Assembly (NCBI GenBank): GCA_048938105.1
Contig: JBHLMN010000003.1
Coordinates: forward strand, 329,994 to 393,993
Source of the DNA: Promethearchaeota archaeon
GTDB taxonomy: Archaea; Asgardarchaeota; Heimdallarchaeia; Hodarchaeales; Hodarchaeaceae
Direction of reading: 5' to 3'
DNA length: 64,000 nt
Shown here: in pieces, positions 48,417 through 58,700 of the stretch
How the letters are laid out: each line of letters begins with the position of its first letter
How positions within the stretch are numbered: the first letter of the stretch is position 1
The notes under the pieces: generated by a model
Databases searched by the model: none
The model's input: the letters and a program-made list of their open reading frames with translations, nothing else
Told to the model about the DNA's origin: nothing
Position numbers and translations under genes: made by a program

Positions 48417-49190
48417 ATGCACTTTAATCATCATAAGCAAATTATATACAAGCTTAAACAACATTTCATGGACGATCCGAATGTTCATGCACTTATCATC
48501 AACGGCTCTGTTGCTCGGGGGTCAGCTGGCCCTGAATCAGATGTTGATTTCGTTTTAGTGGTATCAGAAGAAGAGTATGAAAATAGAGAACATAATAACA
48601 AAATCCATTTTAGTTGCAATTCGTTTTGTATTCCTCCTTGTATAGCTGTAAATGGATCAGCAAAGACTGTAGAAATGCTGAAATGGCTTGCTAATAACGG
48701 TTCTGATGTCGCCAGGTATGCTTTTGTTCAAGCAAACATCATTTTCTCAAAGCTATCAGACCTCAATAGAATATTAGAGCAAATTACTGTATTCCCCACT
48801 CATGATATCACTGAAAAATTAGAGAGCTTTTACAGCCAGGTCAAAATGCATTATTCCTATCTTGAATATGGACATTATAGTCAAAATACTTATGTTTTGT
48901 ACCAAACAGCAGTACTACTAGCATTATTTGGAGGGAGAATGATCTTAACTCATAATAATATGTTTTATCCTGGTCGAAAGTGGTTTATGACACAATTAGA
49001 GGAAGCAAAACAAAAACCTAAAGATTTTATTTATTTTACGAAGGAATTATTGCAGTATCCCAATTTAACAAACGCGAAAGAATTTTGTGATATATTACTC
49101 AATTTCAGGGACTGGCCAAAGCCACCTGAAGGATGGTTTAACCGTTTTGAAAAGGATATGAAAAAGCATCGTTGGAATGCAATTGATTAG
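48417..49190 (+). CDS. nucleotidyltransferase-domain protein
   Basis: GSVARG....SDVDF (Pol-beta GS..DxD) plus helical C-terminal domain with N.MFYP.RKW. Confidence 0.8.
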   Translation: MHFNHHKQIIYKLKQHFMDDPNVHALIINGSVARGSAGPESDVDFVLVVSEEEYENREHNNKIHFSCNSFCIPPCIAVNGSAKTVEMLKWLANNGSDVARYAFVQANIIFSKLSDLNRILEQITVFPTHDITEKLESFYSQVKMHYSYLEYGHYSQNTYVLYQTAVLLALFGGRMILTHNNMFYPGRKWFMTQLEEAKQKPKDFIYFTKELLQYPNLTNAKEFCDILLNFRDWPKPPEGWFNRFEKDMKKHRWNAID

Positions 49191-49194
49191 ACTA

Positions 49195-49503
49195 CTACCC
49201 AGCTGTTGATGCTAATATTTCCAAGAGTAGCCTAACAGAAAAACCAATTACCAACATCACAAAACCATACCCAAAGCAGATGAGGAACACAGGTAAGAAC
49301 GCATCAGATTGTGTTACATCCAAGATGAGATTTGTAGGAAAGTAAGATAAAACTGCAGCTCCAATAACAGCAATTAAAATTGAACCACCAATAAAAATTA
49401 TTATTTCTACAATTGTTAATGGTTCATCTTTGGGATCTATTTCGGTTTCTTGGGTACCATCCGTTATTTTTGGTGTTTTATCATTATCGTTCATAAGAAT
49501 CAT
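49195..49503 (-). CDS. small two-TM hypothetical membrane protein
   Basis: Acidic N-terminus and two hydrophobic helices. Likely start is ATG 49503 or 49494; the ORF-track start at 49518 lies inside the IS-end hairpin. Confidence 0.6.
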   Translation of the reverse strand: MILMNDNDKTPKITDGTQETEIDPKDEPLTIVEIIIFIGGSILIAVIGAAVLSYFPTNLILDVTQSDAFLPVFLICFGYGFVMLVIGFSVRLLLEILASTAG

Positions 49504-49920
49504 CGCAAGGAAACCCACTACTTTAGTGGTGGGAGGAATTACGAGTAATAGGGAGAGAGGTGGTTCTCACACCGTTAGACGAGTAACCATACTCTCGGAA
49601 TTAATTAAATTGATATTGATTTTAAATTTTCCTAGTTATTGTTTGAAAGCGGTCTAAAACCTTTTTAAATGTGTTTTATGGACAAAACAATTGGCATCCC
49701 TGAGATCCATCTTATTGTATAAGGCAATAAGGTAAGGCACTCACCTATTTGTAGGTGAGAGAGACGGTTGAAGCGATCTTGTCAAGCGATGCACTTTACA
49801 CCTATCGCATAATGGTATATCCGTTTTGCGGAGGCTGTCCGTCAATCAGCCTAATGTAGCGGTACTCTACCCCTGTAGTTGCTAGCTACAAGCCAGCGAA
49901 TTGATTCGGTGGTAATTGAC
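49504..49920 (+). mobile_element. non-autonomous IS200/IS605-family remnant (end hairpins plus omegaRNA-like scaffold, no tnpA/tnpB)
   Basis: Left-end-type hairpin CGCAAGGAAA-CCCACTACTTTAGTGGTGGG-AGGAATTACG (49504-49543); second end-like hairpin CTCACCTA-TTTG-TAGGTGAG (49740-49759); right-end hairpin CCAGCGAATTGATTCGGTGG (49893-49912) followed by terminal TTGAC (49920). Left boundary approximate. Confidence 0.7.
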
Positions 49921-49940
49921 ATCTACTATTCATCCTGCCT
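49825..49940 (+). ncRNA. putative TnpB omegaRNA (reRNA) scaffold plus guide
   Basis: AGGCTG-tccGTCAAT-CAGCCT hairpin whose loop GTCAAT (49841-46) complements ATTGAC (49915-20), a pseudoknot; TGTAGC/GCTACA stem; right-end hairpin. Guide would start ATCTACTATTCATCCTGCC. Confidence 0.6.
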
Positions 49941-50101
49941 TTTTTCTTTTTCTCATTATTTTAATTCTAGGTAAATGATTTGGAAATATAGTATTAAGTG
50001 ATTATCATTTCTATTAAGTTCTTTAATAACCATTCTGTGCTACAAAGTTTGTTCGATATTTTTTAGGATGTATGAAATTGTGGAAATAAGAGAGATAAAT
50101 C

Positions 50102-50824
50102 ATGATCTACAAAGAAAATCTTGAACTGGCGCTAGAAAATGTTGGACGTTATGAACAATACAAATTTATAAGAGCGTGGGGGATTGTCAGTATAATCGTA
50201 GGGTTGACAAGGTTTTTCTTGGCCTTTATCATCGAAATTTTCTTAACCTGGTTTGTTATTCGTGATCTGTTTAATTTTTCAAGATCTGGTGCAATTTTTT
50301 TGGGATTCTTGAAATCGTTCATTCAAGTTTTTACTCTCATTTTATTAGCTATCATATTCTTCTATAGCTATATTTCTGTAAGAAAGACCATTTTTACAGA
50401 AAATCAACTAATTTCTCAACGAATAATTAATCTTGGTTTAGCTTTGATAATTTTATATTTATTTGTATTTGTTTTCAGAATTCCTGGGAGTACATATCGA
50501 ATAGACTTCATAGGTGTCCTTCTTTGTTATTTTTTGCTTAATAGAAGAACAGAAAATGATTTTAAGGAATTATTATATCAAGGAATTACCCTTTTCCTTG
50601 TTCTAGCTTTTAATTTTGTCTGGCAATTTATTTACATCCTCACTTTTTTGAATTTCAATATTGATATGCCACGTAGTTCAAACGATTTAGCCATTCCAGT
50701 CTTTATGCTCTCTTATTTTATTATAAATTTCGCTATAGCTGCGATTTATGTTGGAACTGGATATTTGTTAATAAAAAAGGCATCGAGAGTTTTGGAAGGA
50801 GAAAATGATTCTTCAAGGGTTTGA
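50102..50824 (+). CDS. multi-pass membrane hypothetical protein
   Basis: ~6 hydrophobic segments; overlaps the downstream wHTH gene. Confidence 0.75.
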   Translation: MIYKENLELALENVGRYEQYKFIRAWGIVSIIVGLTRFFLAFIIEIFLTWFVIRDLFNFSRSGAIFLGFLKSFIQVFTLILLAIIFFYSYISVRKTIFTENQLISQRIINLGLALIILYLFVFVFRIPGSTYRIDFIGVLLCYFLLNRRTENDFKELLYQGITLFLVLAFNFVWQFIYILTFLNFNIDMPRSSNDLAIPVFMLSYFIINFAIAAIYVGTGYLLIKKASRVLEGENDSSRV

Positions 50825-51140
50825 AATGACAGAATTGAACAAAATACCTGAGGAATTCGAGATTTTCATTCCAACAGTCCGTTTAACTATAATGATTCTA
50901 CTTTATAATCACCAGAAAGTTACTTTTACTGAACTTCAAAGACTTCTAAATCTAACACCAGGAAATCTTGATCATCACCTAAAAAAATTAGAAAACAGCA
51001 ACTCTATCAGGATGTACAAAAAAATTTTTCCGCAGCGCCCGTTAACTGTTATCGAAATCACAGAAACAGGAAAAAAATCATTTCATGAGTATATTACAAT
51101 CCTTAAAGGAATATTGAACCAGATTGATACGAATCAATAA
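50805..51140 (+). CDS. small winged-helix transcriptional regulator (ArsR/MarR-like)
   Basis: VRLTIMILL..TFTELQRLLNLTPGNLDHHLKKLE...P.T..ITETGK. Confidence 0.88.
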   Translation: MILQGFEMTELNKIPEEFEIFIPTVRLTIMILLYNHQKVTFTELQRLLNLTPGNLDHHLKKLENSNSIRMYKKIFPQRPLTVIEITETGKKSFHEYITILKGILNQIDTNQ

Positions 51141-51224
51141 TCTTATTTTAGCTATCTGATGGGTTAAAAGAAAAACACAAATTAAAATACCATATTTCTC
51201 TATCACTAAATTGTAAACGTGATT

Positions 51225-51899
51225 TCACAGTATTTTCTTTATCTTTTCAGCTCTATCATGTAATCCACGTCTTAAGGTCTGTTCTAATAAGACTTCTAAT
51301 GGTGGGGCTTTTATACTATAATTTTTCCAGTTGATTAATTGTAATTGTTTCTCTGCCAAAAAACCAAAATCTTTCTGTATCTGTAAACTTTCATCCTCGA
51401 AGACTCCTCCAATCCATTCTATTCTACTGTGTAAGAAAGCTCTCCCAAACCATTTACAGAACCAATCCTTCGTGTCGGCCACAGGTTCATAAACGTAATC
51501 ATCTAGAAGTATCCCCAATTTTAACGCACTTTCATGATCAGTGACCAAATCAATATCACGCGGAATAATTTTCGCACCATATAAGGCTAAAGCGCAACTC
51601 CCGGTTACCCACCAGTGGAGCGATTCCGATTCTATCAATTCTAAAAAGGCCAATAATGCTTTTTCCCAAGGAATTAGAATCTCATTAGCTGCTTGTTTAA
51701 GCATTTCTTCTGCAATTTCTTTGAATCGCTCAAAATACTTTTCTAGATGTGGAATATCTTTAGGAAAACTTCTTCCAAACCCCTCCTCCAATTCAGGATA
51801 TTGCAATTTTCTTAGAACTGTTCTGTAATTCTCATTAGATGTATTAATTAGAAATACTACTTCTACGCCTTTCTCTTTCCAATCAATTTCCAAAGACAT
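51225..51899 (-). CDS. nucleotidyltransferase-like hypothetical protein
   Basis: WWVTGSCALALYG....PRDIDLV (GS...DxD). Confidence 0.7.
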   Translation of the reverse strand: MSLEIDWKEKGVEVVFLINTSNENYRTVLRKLQYPELEEGFGRSFPKDIPHLEKYFERFKEIAEEMLKQAANEILIPWEKALLAFLELIESESLHWWVTGSCALALYGAKIIPRDIDLVTDHESALKLGILLDDYVYEPVADTKDWFCKWFGRAFLHSRIEWIGGVFEDESLQIQKDFGFLAEKQLQLINWKNYSIKAPPLEVLLEQTLRRGLHDRAEKIKKIL

Positions 51900-51974
51900 A
51901 ATAACTCACAATGTTAATAGTATTAAAGATTATTTCCATTATGGGGGAGCTCTATAATTAGATTTTAAGATAAA

Positions 51975-52814
51975 TTATGGTGGTGGCCCATTCCTCACTA
52001 TCTGTTGAATATTCTTTGAGGAACCTCGACCAGGATAAATGCACTCAACTATCCATGTCACCCCCGCATCTATATAATCGTATATCCACTGATTTTCCTC
52101 TTTTTTAGCTGATGTAACGACAGGGTGTATCACATCAAAAGGTTCTGAGGTTTTTCGATGTAGTTTAATGTATTTAATGATTTCTTTGATGTCATCTGTC
52201 CACAATGGTTCCTCAAATCCTTCTCTAATAGGAAAAATCCCATTAAATTTTGCTGCTCGTCGAAATGGCTTTTTATTTGGCCAAGTACCCCCAACCCAGA
52301 TAGGAATTGGTTTTTGTACTGGTTTGGGAATGAATTTAACCTCGTTTATCTGAAAGAACTGGCCTTGATAAGAGAATGGCTCACCAGTCCATAGTCCTGT
52401 CAAGATATCAAGCCCTTCATCTAATTTCTTCCCACGAACTTGAGGGTCATCATCTTCACCAAAATCACGGAATTCAGTATCCACTCCTAACCCAATTCCT
52501 AAGATTAACCTTCCATTGGACAATCGATCTAATGAAACTGTTTCTCTAGCGACTTTCCATGGTCTTCTTCGCGCTAATGCAGTTACGGTTGTCCCAATTC
52601 TAAGCTCTTTTGTTTTTGTGGCTATCCCTGCCAAGGTTATCCATGGATCAAGTATTGGATTAGCACTGTCTTTATTTAGATGCATATGATCCCAGATGAA
52701 AAAACCATCCCAATTACTCTCCTCTGCTAGTATTGATAGTTCCAAATAATCTTGAGGGTCTGTAAAGACTCCATGATTAGCAATATAAACACCAAACTTT
52801 ACATCAGAACCCAT
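51975..52814 (-). CDS. LLM-class flavin-dependent oxidoreductase (paralog of 41463-42317)
   Basis: WDGFFIWDH, DPWITLA, ARRRPWKVARETVSLDRLSNGRLILGIGLG, PIWVGG.WPNK. Confidence 0.9.
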   Translation of the reverse strand: MGSDVKFGVYIANHGVFTDPQDYLELSILAEESNWDGFFIWDHMHLNKDSANPILDPWITLAGIATKTKELRIGTTVTALARRRPWKVARETVSLDRLSNGRLILGIGLGVDTEFRDFGEDDDPQVRGKKLDEGLDILTGLWTGEPFSYQGQFFQINEVKFIPKPVQKPIPIWVGGTWPNKKPFRRAAKFNGIFPIREGFEEPLWTDDIKEIIKYIKLHRKTSEPFDVIHPVVTSAKKEENQWIYDYIDAGVTWIVECIYPGRGSSKNIQQIVRNGPPP

Positions 52815-53068
52815 TCAAGCCACCTACAAATTATATAATGAAAAAAAAACAATGTATATTTATACATGGTTATATCAACTGATGATTGATTTAAATTCAT
52901 AGATAAAATCTCTTTTATTTGGGATCATGCGTTCAGATATTCTGGATCATAAGGGGAGGAGTGATAAGAACTGATATTCTTTAAGTATAGCTTGGGAAGA
53001 ATTTTTATAATCTTGGAATGCAAGAAAAGGAGATATAACCTCTAAAAAATAATTCTGAAGAAACAACA

Positions 53069-55735
53069 ATGAAACAACTATCCTTGGTACTAGTATTACT
53101 GGTACTTGTATTAGGATTGAATAACTGGATTATAAAGCCAAAGATTCAAATAAATGATAAAGGGTTTGTCCCCAATACCTTAAGAAATCAATCTAAATTC
53201 ATAAGCGCTTCAATTCAAGACCCCCCTGCAGCATTTTTGACAGGAACCTACAGTGATCGCGGAGTGGATATAGATGGAGATGGGAAGTTCAACCAACTGG
53301 TTATCGATGTAGAGATCAATGTCACCTCTACAGGATCCTATTCCTTATATCTCGAAATAAATTCAACGAAAAACGATATTACCTTTAGCGGAGGAAGTTG
53401 GGAGTACTGTAACGTTGGGATCCAAATATTGTCTGTATCTATTCATGTTGATGTAGGATTGATTTATTGCTACCGAGTAAACACCTCTTACGTTGTAGAT
53501 TATATCAGACTTGAAAATTCGGATCATAACATTCTGGATTGGGTATATACTCCTCATACCACTCGTATCTACAACTATACAGAGTTTGATCCCCCTACAG
53601 CATTCTTAACAGGAACCTACAGTGATCGCGGAGTGGATACAGATGGAGATGGGAAGTTCAACCAACTGGTTATCGATATAGAGATCAATGTCACCTCAGC
53701 AGGATCCTATTACCTAGATCTCGAACTAAGCTCCACGAACGGTAATATTACCTTATATGGAGAAAGTTGGGAGTACTGTAACGTTGGGATCCACACAATG
53801 TCTGTATCTATTCATGTTAAGGTAGGGTTGATTTATTACTACCGACTAAACACCTCTTACGTGGTAGATTATATTACATTCGAAGATTGGACACGTTTTA
53901 ACATCTTAGGTCGGATTTATACACCTCATACCACTCGTATCTACAACTACACCGAGTTTAATCCCCCTGTAGCTTTCTTAACAGGAACCTACAGTGATCG
54001 CGGAGTGGATACAGATGGAGATGGGAAGTTCAACAAACTGGTTATCGATGTAGAGATCAATGTCATTTCAGCAGATTTCTATAACTTAGATCTCGAACTA
54101 AGCTCCACGAACGGTGATATTACCTTATTGGGGGGGAATGAGGAATACTATAACGTCGGAACCCATATAGTGTCTGTATTCATCAATGTTACATTTTCCA
54201 CAGTTTATTCCCACCAACTGAACACTTCATACGTGATTGCTTGGGCTAGACTTTATTGGGATAGAAACCCCATCTTTGAAGTTTCTACCCCTTATACCAC
54301 CCGTGTCTACAACTACACAGAATTTGACTTAAATTTAGCACTCCTGACTGGAAATTACTACGATTATGGTGTAGATTTAGATGCTGATGGGAGATTTGAC
54401 GAACTAGTTATTGATGTAGAAATTGATTTTATAGAAGCAGGAAGATATACAGTAGAAATCAATTTAGGCAATATTAATTTGGGAACCCAGTTTCATGAAG
54501 TTACTAGCAGTTACTGGACAGAGGGCATAAAAAATGTCTCCCTTTCTATAGATGCTTATATTTTATATCCTAGTATCCCTAGCAGCTCTCAGTATATTTT
54601 GGAAATTATAAATATTTATGATGAAAACAATAATCTCAGGGATCAATCTTATCACTATTCCACATTAAGCCATTATTATACCGAATTTGACATTCATCAG
54701 ATCACAATTAACGGAAATAACAACTTTAGTACTTTAATAAGGGATGAAAACTGGCCTGGAGATGGAACCTCATCAAATCCCTATGTTATTGAGGGCCTTA
54801 CACTTAACGGCCCTAACTCAATTGCTTTGATCAGTATTTGGAATACAGATGCATATTTTATTATAAATAATTGTACTTTAAATGGAGGGGCAATCGGAAT
54901 ATTATTAACCAATGTTACAAATGCATATATTTCTAATAGTCTAATCCAAAATAATAATAGAGGTATTTATCTTAATCTTTCTAATAATAATCTTATAGCT
55001 GACAATACAATTACCATAAACAAATATGGGATCCTTCTAGGATCTGATCTTTTACATTTACCTCCCTCCACTGTCAATAACAATACTATAATCAACAATA
55101 CAATATACAATAATGTAGAGAGTGGTGTTTGGATGTCATTTGAGTCAAGTAGTAATTTAGTAAAATGGAATGATTTCAAAGACAATGGTCAAACAATAGA
55201 ATATCAAGCCAATGATAGTGGGGTGGATAATATTTTTTCCTTTAATTATTGGTATGATTGGACGAAGAATGAACCATATCCGATTCTCGGGCAATCAGGA
55301 AATTATGACCTAAATCCACTTACTGATCCTCATCATTTATCAAAACCAAGGATTCTTTTCCCCAATTGGGGAGAAACACTGACGAATACCATCATAATTG
55401 ATTGGATCCCCGCTACAGATGATTTAGGGCATGAACTTACCTATTCAGTTTATTACTCCTCGGATAATGGAAGTTCGTGGAAATTACTTGGCACTGAGTT
55501 GTCGACAACGAGCTTTCGATGGGATGTTCGCAATGTCTCTGCAGGATCTACTTTTTTAGTGAAGGTTATTGCTTGGGATGCTTTTGGATTCTTTACTATG
55601 GATATTTCCGATCAACCTTTTACTATCCAGACCCCTCGACAAGAACAACCTCCTTCCACCTTACCCTTTAGATTAGTCCTCTTATTGCTGTTAGGTTCTT
55701 TTCTCTTTATTATCATTCAAAAGAAGGCTAAATAG
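53069..55735 (+). CDS. cell-surface protein: four ~123-aa DxDGDG-containing repeats, parallel beta-helix (NosD-like), Fn3-like domain, C-terminal TM
   Basis: Signal peptide; AFLTGTYSDRGVD.DGDGKFN.LVIDVEINV repeats; WPGDGTSSNPYVIEG then NN..GI.L..S.NN.I..N repeats; W..ATD..GH.LTYSVYYS.DNG.SW; TM + KKAK. Confidence 0.85.
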   Translation: MKQLSLVLVLLVLVLGLNNWIIKPKIQINDKGFVPNTLRNQSKFISASIQDPPAAFLTGTYSDRGVDIDGDGKFNQLVIDVEINVTSTGSYSLYLEINSTKNDITFSGGSWEYCNVGIQILSVSIHVDVGLIYCYRVNTSYVVDYIRLENSDHNILDWVYTPHTTRIYNYTEFDPPTAFLTGTYSDRGVDTDGDGKFNQLVIDIEINVTSAGSYYLDLELSSTNGNITLYGESWEYCNVGIHTMSVSIHVKVGLIYYYRLNTSYVVDYITFEDWTRFNILGRIYTPHTTRIYNYTEFNPPVAFLTGTYSDRGVDTDGDGKFNKLVIDVEINVISADFYNLDLELSSTNGDITLLGGNEEYYNVGTHIVSVFINVTFSTVYSHQLNTSYVIAWARLYWDRNPIFEVSTPYTTRVYNYTEFDLNLALLTGNYYDYGVDLDADGRFDELVIDVEIDFIEAGRYTVEINLGNINLGTQFHEVTSSYWTEGIKNVSLSIDAYILYPSIPSSSQYILEIINIYDENNNLRDQSYHYSTLSHYYTEFDIHQITINGNNNFSTLIRDENWPGDGTSSNPYVIEGLTLNGPNSIALISIWNTDAYFIINNCTLNGGAIGILLTNVTNAYISNSLIQNNNRGIYLNLSNNNLIADNTITINKYGILLGSDLLHLPPSTVNNNTIINNTIYNNVESGVWMSFESSSNLVKWNDFKDNGQTIEYQANDSGVDNIFSFNYWYDWTKNEPYPILGQSGNYDLNPLTDPHHLSKPRILFPNWGETLTNTIIIDWIPATDDLGHELTYSVYYSSDNGSSWKLLGTELSTTSFRWDVRNVSAGSTFLVKVIAWDAFGFFTMDISDQPFTIQTPRQEQPPSTLPFRLVLLLLLGSFLFIIIQKKAK
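53219..54700 (+). repeat. four tandem ~370-bp coding direct repeats
   Basis: ACAGGAACCTACAGTGATCGCGGAGTGGAT at 53240, 53609 and 53981 (spacings 369, 372); diverged fourth unit at ~54347. Confidence 0.85.
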
Positions 55736-55765
55736 AATACAGTTTCAATATCCAAATACTTACAT

Positions 55766-58700
55766 TCAAAAAACTGGTTTTAAAGTATTGATAGTAAAGG
55801 ATTTGTTTCTTTGAAAAGATTCTGTATTTGTACAAATTTGATAGATAATCAACAGGAGGAAGAACCCCACTTCAAAACTTCCCAGAATTAAAAATACCAC
55901 AGGATGGACTTGAAATAGTTCTGGTTGGATAAAAGGAAGGAAAAGATAATTATAACTTAAGCGATTCTCTAAAATATTAACACTCACTGAAGAGAGGGTA
56001 AAAAGGATTATTTGTATAATAGAATGCATTAAAATTAATCCAAAAAACACTCCTTGCCCTTTCAAACCATTTTCCCTTCGCCAAAAAATGTCCTGCTTCA
56101 AAGAATGGTGAGTATTCAAACCACGCAGTATGAGGAAACCCCAAACTTGCTGAAATAATATAATTTCTACTGAAATAATGAGTATATAAAGACAAACATT
56201 AAAAGTAGAATCAATGTTAAATTGCTCAAGTAATGGAATTAGAAATATCCACGTGAAGAGTATTTGAATTATGAACAGGATAAAACATATTGTATTTCCA
56301 ACAATACCCCAAAAACCACTTAGTAATACTTTTTTGATTAAATTTCTGGGAAGGGATTTATGTATAAGATAATAGCTGATGGGGCCAATCATAGTTAGGC
56401 TGACAATATAGAAGAAAGGATTAATGAGTACAAGAGGATTCGCATAATCACCATTAAAATTTCCTTTTTCCAGTAAAGCAACCAAAAAATATAATATTAA
56501 ATCGAAAGGAATTAAACCCCACATAAGTAAAAATTCATCAACAACATAATTGAAGGTTAAAATCACCATTAAGCTCAGAAATACAACTTTTAGTTGATGA
56601 GAGCGATCCCTAACGAATTCCCACAGTGTCACAGAAATACTGTCTAATTCTTTTTTCATAGGTCTTCTAGAAATGATGTTTACTACATTTTTTCCACTTG
56701 AACGATAAGCAGGTAATAATGGACTTCCTAAGGTGATGAGAAAAGAGAGAAAGAGCCACAAAACAACTTGATGTAATTGAAATTCAACTCCAATAGGGAT
56801 AGAGGATGATATGTATCGTGCTAAAAGGAAAGTACAGAGTAAACCATCCAATACACCGATGAAAATGGACGTCAAGCCCAGAGTTATTGATTCAATCATA
56901 AAAACTCCAAACACTCCTCGTTTATGCAATCCTAGACTCCTCATGATCCCAATTTCTCGTTCCATTCGATATGTGGACACAAGAATGCAAATAAATTGAG
57001 CAAATCCAGCTAATATAAACGATTCTATAAATAACACCTGAAAAATAGCAGATTGAAATATTAAGCTCCTCTCAATGGCTTGAGTATAGAATGTGACTTC
57101 TATAAGCTCTTTGAAATGAGGAAAAATCTCAACAATAGCATTCCGCACCTTATGAACATCTCCCTCAATCTCAAAAACGAACCATTTTGCGAGAGTAGAA
57201 TTGAAGAACTCCTGAAATCTATTAGTTGATATATAGAGATATTCTCCGTCTCCTAAAAATATATTGGATTTGATTACAGCAGAAATCGTTACATTTACTG
57301 TATTATTATTAGCAATTTTCATTCTAACATTTGATCCAAGTGGTACAAGGAGCTTCTGTAAGAGGAGATCTGATACTAAAGCATAAGTGTCATTATTTAT
57401 GTGAGAGCTAACCGATTGGTTAAGCCAATGATATGAAGGATATTCAATTATAGAATCAAGAACTTCTTCAGCAAAATAGGCGTATTTTTCGGGATCGACT
57501 CCAAAGACATAACTATCAGTTTTTTCTATCTTGGTTCTTGCTTCCTGTATAAATGATGAATGTGTAATATTTTGATCCTGATCAAATTGGTTTATAAGTG
57601 TAATAGAAGGGAGTTGGTTGTCCCAACTTTCAGCTACTAAATCGATGCTTTCCCATTGTTCTTGAAAATATATAGGAACCCCTTTTATCAAACCTGCACT
57701 TACTAGACCAACAACAATAATGAAAGCGAGAGCTAAAGCTAATGTCATTATTGTAAATAATGATTTCTGAAATTCTCTTGCTATATTTCTCATGGATATT
57801 GTACGAGTAATAGTTCCAATCAAAAATAATAGTTTAAATGCCACTTTTGGCAGAAAAACTAGAATTCCAACTTCTATTAGTAATGTCCCAATAAAAATTA
57901 ACATTATTACAATAAAATGCATTGATAAGATTTCAAATTCCAAGAAACGAGAAGGGCCTACATGCATTTGTAATAAGAACCCTGTTATTGCCAAAAGAAC
58001 TCCCACACTAATAGTATATTTCCAATAAGAAAAGATATTCACTGAAGATCGTCCACTACGCATATGTGAGTGTATATTTTGTACAACTGGCATGGACAGT
58101 GCTAAAAAGAGGGGGTAAAATCCAGAGATTAGAGCAACAATTATTCCAGAGGCAAATGTAGCAATCAGGGATGATGACTGTAAAGATAGGGCTTGAAAAT
58201 TCAATGTGGGGTAGAAATTTTGCATCAACCCTACGAGTAAGTATGCGAACCAAGTACCTATAAACATACCGAAAATTGTTCCAATGGTTGAATAAATCAA
58301 AATTTCTATAGCAATTGAACAAAGTAGTTGTGTTGAATCCTGACCAACAGCACGTAAAATCCCAAACTCTCTAGAGCGATCACGAATAGAGATGGCAAGG
58401 ATATTTGTAATAAAAAGAAATTCTACGATAAAAGAAACAATTATTACTAGATTCATTGCATTTTGATAAGTATGAATGCCTATCGCCTTAATCTCAGAAA
58501 TATCCTTTTTAAAAACTAAAAAATCCATTCCCAATTCGTCTTTGATGTTTTCTCCAGTTTTTTTAATATTTAAAAGATCTTTACATGAAATATCAATCTT
58601 TGCATTCAGGAGAGAGGCTTGTTGCGAATCTGGTATAACCTCAAGTAAATTTTCTATATCCACAAGTATGAAATAACATCCAGCGTTATTTCCAAAGAAT

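Noticed and set aside
49430-49657. 75-aa ORF across the IS-end hairpins as a transposase remnant
   Set aside because: No HUH/Y1 or RuvC motifs; overlaps another gene antisense and structured non-coding DNA
53219-54700. Repeat units as DGR template/variable regions
   Set aside because: No reverse transcriptase in the window, all copies are in-frame coding domains, and differences are not confined to adenines
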